Positions 27,184 through 30,430 of a stretch of DNA of 30,430 nucleotides are shown here, piece by piece. Both the position numbers and the translations under genes were made by a program. Under the pieces are notes generated by a model, which saw only the letters and a list, made by a program, of their open reading frames with translations, searched no databases and was not told the origin of the DNA. Source of the DNA: Polyangia bacterium (GTDB lineage: Bacteria > Myxococcota_A > Polyangia > JAAYKL01); NCBI GenBank assembly GCA_050287845.1, contig JBNKCR010000096.1, forward strand, positions 1-30,430, given 5' to 3'. Numbering within the stretch: position 1 is the first letter of the stretch; every line of letters starts with the position of its first letter.

Positions 27184-27710
27184 TCAATCGCTGCGTCCTG
27201 GAGGCCGAGCAACCACTTTGGGACTGTCCTGTGAGCGGCGCTCAAAACTGAAACGTGACAACGAGCGAATGCGTGATGTGTTCATCTCCGGGAAAAGAGG
27301 AGGGAAGCCCGCAAACTGAAATCCGCTTCTGGCATTACCGCTTTTTTCGTGCTGTTCAATGATTTCGTCCGGGGAAATCTCAAAACCACATTTTCTCAGC
27401 TGTATCACTTCAATGATCGTTGTACGCGGCACTTCAGATTGCCATAGTTTCAGGACATCAATTTTGCGCAGAGGCTGGTATACTTTAGCCGTGGTGCCTA
27501 TCGGGTCGGCAACATCTTTGGCAATATCGGTTGATTCATCGATTTTATCCAATGCGCGGTTGACGGTATCCACCGCGTCTTCCCCCATATCGATTATCTT
27601 TTTGACACGTCATACACTTCGTTGAAAGATTCTGCATGGGCGATGCCAGGCACTGCCAACAACAACAAATAAAGGCCTATCCTGATGATCAATTTCCCGG
27701 AAAATATCAT
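27184..27710 (-). pseudogene. Frameshifted gene for a secreted protein
   Basis: GAAGGA RBS and ATG 27710 give MIFSGKLIIRIGLYLLLLAVPGIAHA-ESFNEVYDVSKR* (stop 27596-27594). One extra A in the A5 run (27603-27599) would join it to ORF 27588-27184. Confidence 0.6.
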
Positions 27711-27817
27711 ATTTTTCCTTCATTGAATTGCTCAGGCAATTACACATCGATTTGGTTAAATATTCGGGTATTTCGTGGAAAAAATGAACGTTGCCGCTGG
27801 ATGGGATACACCGGAAT

Positions 27818-29665
27818 TCAGTTGGTGCTGCCGCTCTGGAAAAAGCGAATGTCGGCAATGCCTATCCAGCCGCCATCGTAATTGTCGGCACCGGTAACCG
27901 TTAACCGGATGAACCTGGCGGTTCGCTCATCAAAGCGGTTGATGTGTTTACCGCCAGTGTCATTGTCGGATCTGTCGACGATAACCTCATAGTCATCGGA
28001 TTGCACTGCGGACTCGATAGTGTACTGATATGCGCGGTTGGCGTAGCCATGCACTTCAATGGTATCCAGAACCAGTTCGGCGCCCAGGTCAATTTCGATG
28101 CTCTGGGGATAGCCCTCGGCGGACCAGCGGGTCAAAATGCTGTTGTCAATGGCCCTGACCGCTTCATTGCCATCCTCAGCTGCGGTTGCTGAGATAACAG
28201 ACGCGGTAGTAATCGGTTGCGGCAGAGCGCCATGGGCCAGTTCAAAAAGAGAGAGTCCGGCCAGCAGATACGCGCCCACTCCGTAATCCGTATAGTCGTC
28301 GTAACTGGACGGGCCAGGTCCCACATCAATGCGCTGGCAATACCCCAGGCGACCGTCCGGATGCACGGCCACTTCATTCAGCCCCTCCCACGCATTGATT
28401 GCAATAGGCAGAAATTTTTCCGGGGACAGAAGTCCTGCTTTCATTCCCCATCCCATTCCGAAGGTGAAAAAGCCGGTACCACTGGACTCGGGACCACCAA
28501 GCTGTGTGGGGTCCGCAAGACTGGTGTAATAGAATCCGTCTCCCTGCTGCACTTGGGCAAGGGCATTGGCCATCGCAACAAATGTGTCAGTATAGTCACC
28601 GCGATGAGGCGCATCATCGGGAAGCATGGGCAGTGTTTTGGCCAGCGCCGCAAATACCCATCCGTTCCCCCGGGACCAGTATACATCCTCTCCGGACGGC
28701 GTCTGATTCGGCGGCATGAAGCTGTCATCCCGGTACCACAGACCATCGCCTTCGTTAAACAGTCTCCGTCTCACTTTAGTGTCCGTATACATTTCGTACA
28801 TGGCTTCCCGCATGGCGTCGCCATTATTGCCAATGTTGGCCAGTCCGGCAAACACAGGCATGGCCATGTGCAGTGCATCTATCCACCACCAGTCGTCCCG
28901 CTGGCTGCTGGTTACCATTGCGTTGATGCTGGCCGAAATCGCGGTAATTTTCTCCGGAGAAGGATCATCGTTATATAGAGCCAGGTAGGTTTGCCCGGCG
29001 CAGTGGTTATCCGCATGGCGGGTGGAAATGCCTCCGTTCAGGCCATACTGATGCTTTTCAGCCCACTGGCGACCGTACGTGAGATAGTCGGTTTCGCCGA
29101 GCACCTGCCACGCTGCCATATTGGCGCTGAAATAAGTAGCGCGGTCCCAGGTGTTGCTTCCGGAATCCTCGTGATCCAGAATCCAGTAGTCATTCACCCG
29201 ACGCAACTGCCGCCATATTTCCACTTTATCCGGCAGCGCTGAATACGTGGTATCGGTGTCTTCTGTATCGTCACTGCCGGTGTCGGAATCCGAATACAAT
29301 GCCGAATCTGTGTCCGTATCACTATTGGTATCGGAATCAGAATCGGTGTCTGTATCGGAATCAGTATCTGAATCGGTATCAGAGTCGGAATCGGTATCAG
29401 TATCGGAATCGGTATCAGTATCAGTATCAGCATCGGAATCGGTATCGGTATCGGAATCAGTATCAGTATCAGTATCAGTATCGGAATCGGTATCCGTGTT
29501 GCTATCAGCGTTTCCATCGCTGACAGTGGCTGTTTCTGAATCAGGAACCTCACTGCCGCCGGAACCACCATCGCTGCAGCCAATTACCGCGAATATGGTA
29601 CTCCACATCATCAACGGTACACCATGTAAAACGAGAAATAATGAAATCCTTTGTCGTCTGTGCAT
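27818..29665 (-). CDS. GH105/GH88-like unsaturated glycuronyl hydrolase lipoprotein with Asp/Thr/Ser linker and C-terminal F5/8 (discoidin/CBM32) domain
   Basis: Lipobox VIGC; HADNHCAGQ, WWWIDALHMA, YWSRGNGW, PESSGTGFF and YGVGAYLLAG motifs; AIDNSILTRWSA...IEIDLG...ARFIRL. ATG 29665 has a GGAG RBS. Confidence 0.9.
   Translation of the reverse strand: MHRRQRISLFLVLHGVPLMMWSTIFAVIGCSDGGSGGSEVPDSETATVSDGNADSNTDTDSDTDTDTDTDSDTDTDSDADTDTDTDSDTDTDSDSDTDSDTDSDTDTDSDSDTNSDTDTDSALYSDSDTGSDDTEDTDTTYSALPDKVEIWRQLRRVNDYWILDHEDSGSNTWDRATYFSANMAAWQVLGETDYLTYGRQWAEKHQYGLNGGISTRHADNHCAGQTYLALYNDDPSPEKITAISASINAMVTSSQRDDWWWIDALHMAMPVFAGLANIGNNGDAMREAMYEMYTDTKVRRRLFNEGDGLWYRDDSFMPPNQTPSGEDVYWSRGNGWVFAALAKTLPMLPDDAPHRGDYTDTFVAMANALAQVQQGDGFYYTSLADPTQLGGPESSGTGFFTFGMGWGMKAGLLSPEKFLPIAINAWEGLNEVAVHPDGRLGYCQRIDVGPGPSSYDDYTDYGVGAYLLAGLSLFELAHGALPQPITTASVISATAAEDGNEAVRAIDNSILTRWSAEGYPQSIEIDLGAELVLDTIEVHGYANRAYQYTIESAVQSDDYEVIVDRSDNDTGGKHINRFDERTARFIRLTVTGADNYDGGWIGIADIRFFQSGSTN
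29250..29520 (-). repeat. Coding (Asp-Thr/Ser)n hexanucleotide repeat
   Basis: GATACT/GATACC/GATTCC units encoding DTDSD... Confidence 0.95.
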
Positions 29666-29793
29666 GCAATCTCCATTCACCCATTTTTTTAAGATCTCAT
29701 TTACGGTAGCATGTGGGTCCGTCCAATGAACGGATTTTTTTTGTCATCAAAGCGAAGGAACCGTGCGTCCATGCCTCTCCGGATAAAAATAAA

Positions 29794-29894
29794 AGCGTAT
29801 GGGGACGTAGCAAAAACTGGCTGCGGGCCGCAGAAGCGTATAGAGCGTATAGAGCGTATAGGGACGTAGCAAAAACTGGCTGCGGGCCGCAGAA
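29794..29894. repeat. 42-bp direct repeat with internal hairpin, separated by a 9-bp tandem array
   Basis: AGCGTAT(G/A)GGGACGTAGCAAAAACTGGCTGCGGGCCGCAGAA at 29794-29835 and 29853-29894; AGCGTATAG three times at 29835-29861; inverted repeat CTGCGG-G-CCGCAG in each copy. Confidence 0.92.
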
Positions 29895-30141
29895 TCCCGG
29901 GACGCGAATGTGGTATTCTGATGGATGCCAGCTGCCAGCGGCGAAATGAGCCGTCAGTTTTGAAAGTTCAATTCGAACTTCTGAATCTTCAACTTGAAAT
30001 ATGATTCACATACGATGGATACGGAATTTCCACATTGCCCCGGACGCAGCACTGCCTCAACGGGTACTTTCCGGGAAGGGGTATCCCGTTCAAGGTGGTT
30101 CCGGGTTGGCTTCGATGTGTGCTGAATGAATGAGAGGACGC

Positions 30142-30429
30142 TCAGTCTGGACCGGTGCGTTCCTGTGCTCGGCTCAGAAGATCATAAATACATTGGCTGC
30201 CGGTTTCATACATGGACAAATCGACAACATCTTTATCCGGTGCGTCGTCAAGCAAATGATGGCGCCGCAGATAGGCATCCATGAGCGAGCGATACGCCCG
30301 CTGACGGTCTTTCGGTGTTTTACCCAGAGCCAGATAGGCTTCAGGCACATCAAGGGCATCGGTGAATTCGTTGGTTTCCCCATATGCATAGAAGCGATAG
30401 GAGGACCAGCGGTACTTCGATGGATGAGA
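30142..30429 (-). mobile_element. 3' part of a Y1/IS200-like (RAYT type) transposase, truncated by the window edge
   Basis: Frame open from the edge: SHPSKYRWSSYRFYAYGETNEFTDALDVPEAYLALGKTPKDRQRAYRSL... The P-x-x-Y-x-WSSY and YLALG...RQ-x-AY motifs are typical of RAYT-like C-termini. Confidence 0.8.
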
Positions 30430-30430
30430 T

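Noticed and set aside
29794..29894. Possible CRISPR array (also considered for 230-301)
   Set aside because: Only two repeat copies in each case, the 'spacer' is itself repetitive or palindromic, and there are no cas genes.

Overview
A 30.4-kb bacterial segment of mixed housekeeping and accessory genes. The gene content (secreted caspase/DUF4384 pair, eukaryotic-like Ser/Thr kinase, lone SctQ/FliN-like gene, Asp/Thr/Ser-repeat lipoproteins) suggests a Myxococcota/deltaproteobacteria-like organism; this is an inference. Left to right: the 5' end of a Y1/RAYT-type HUH transposase running off the left edge (not in the ORF track); a beta-propeller/TPR lipoprotein; a TetR + ABC1/COQ8-like kinase pair divergent from a PNPOx-like gene; a YiiG/DUF3829-like membrane protein; an exported caspase-like protein and its DUF4384-like partner; a PpiC-SurA-CtpA operon; an Hpt/REC/GGDEF diguanylate cyclase; a lipoprotein and an orphan FliM/FliN(SctQ)-like gene divergent from a Ser/Thr kinase; an OFA-family MFS transporter with acs; a MASE3 sensor; a HEAT-repeat remnant; convergent GH30 and GH105/GH88 lipoproteins with long D-T/S linkers flanking a frameshifted secreted-protein gene; a REP-like repeat cluster; and the 3' end of a second Y1/RAYT-type transposase at the right edge. 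I found no rRNA, tRNA or CRISPR array. All family calls are from motif recognition by eye, not database searches.
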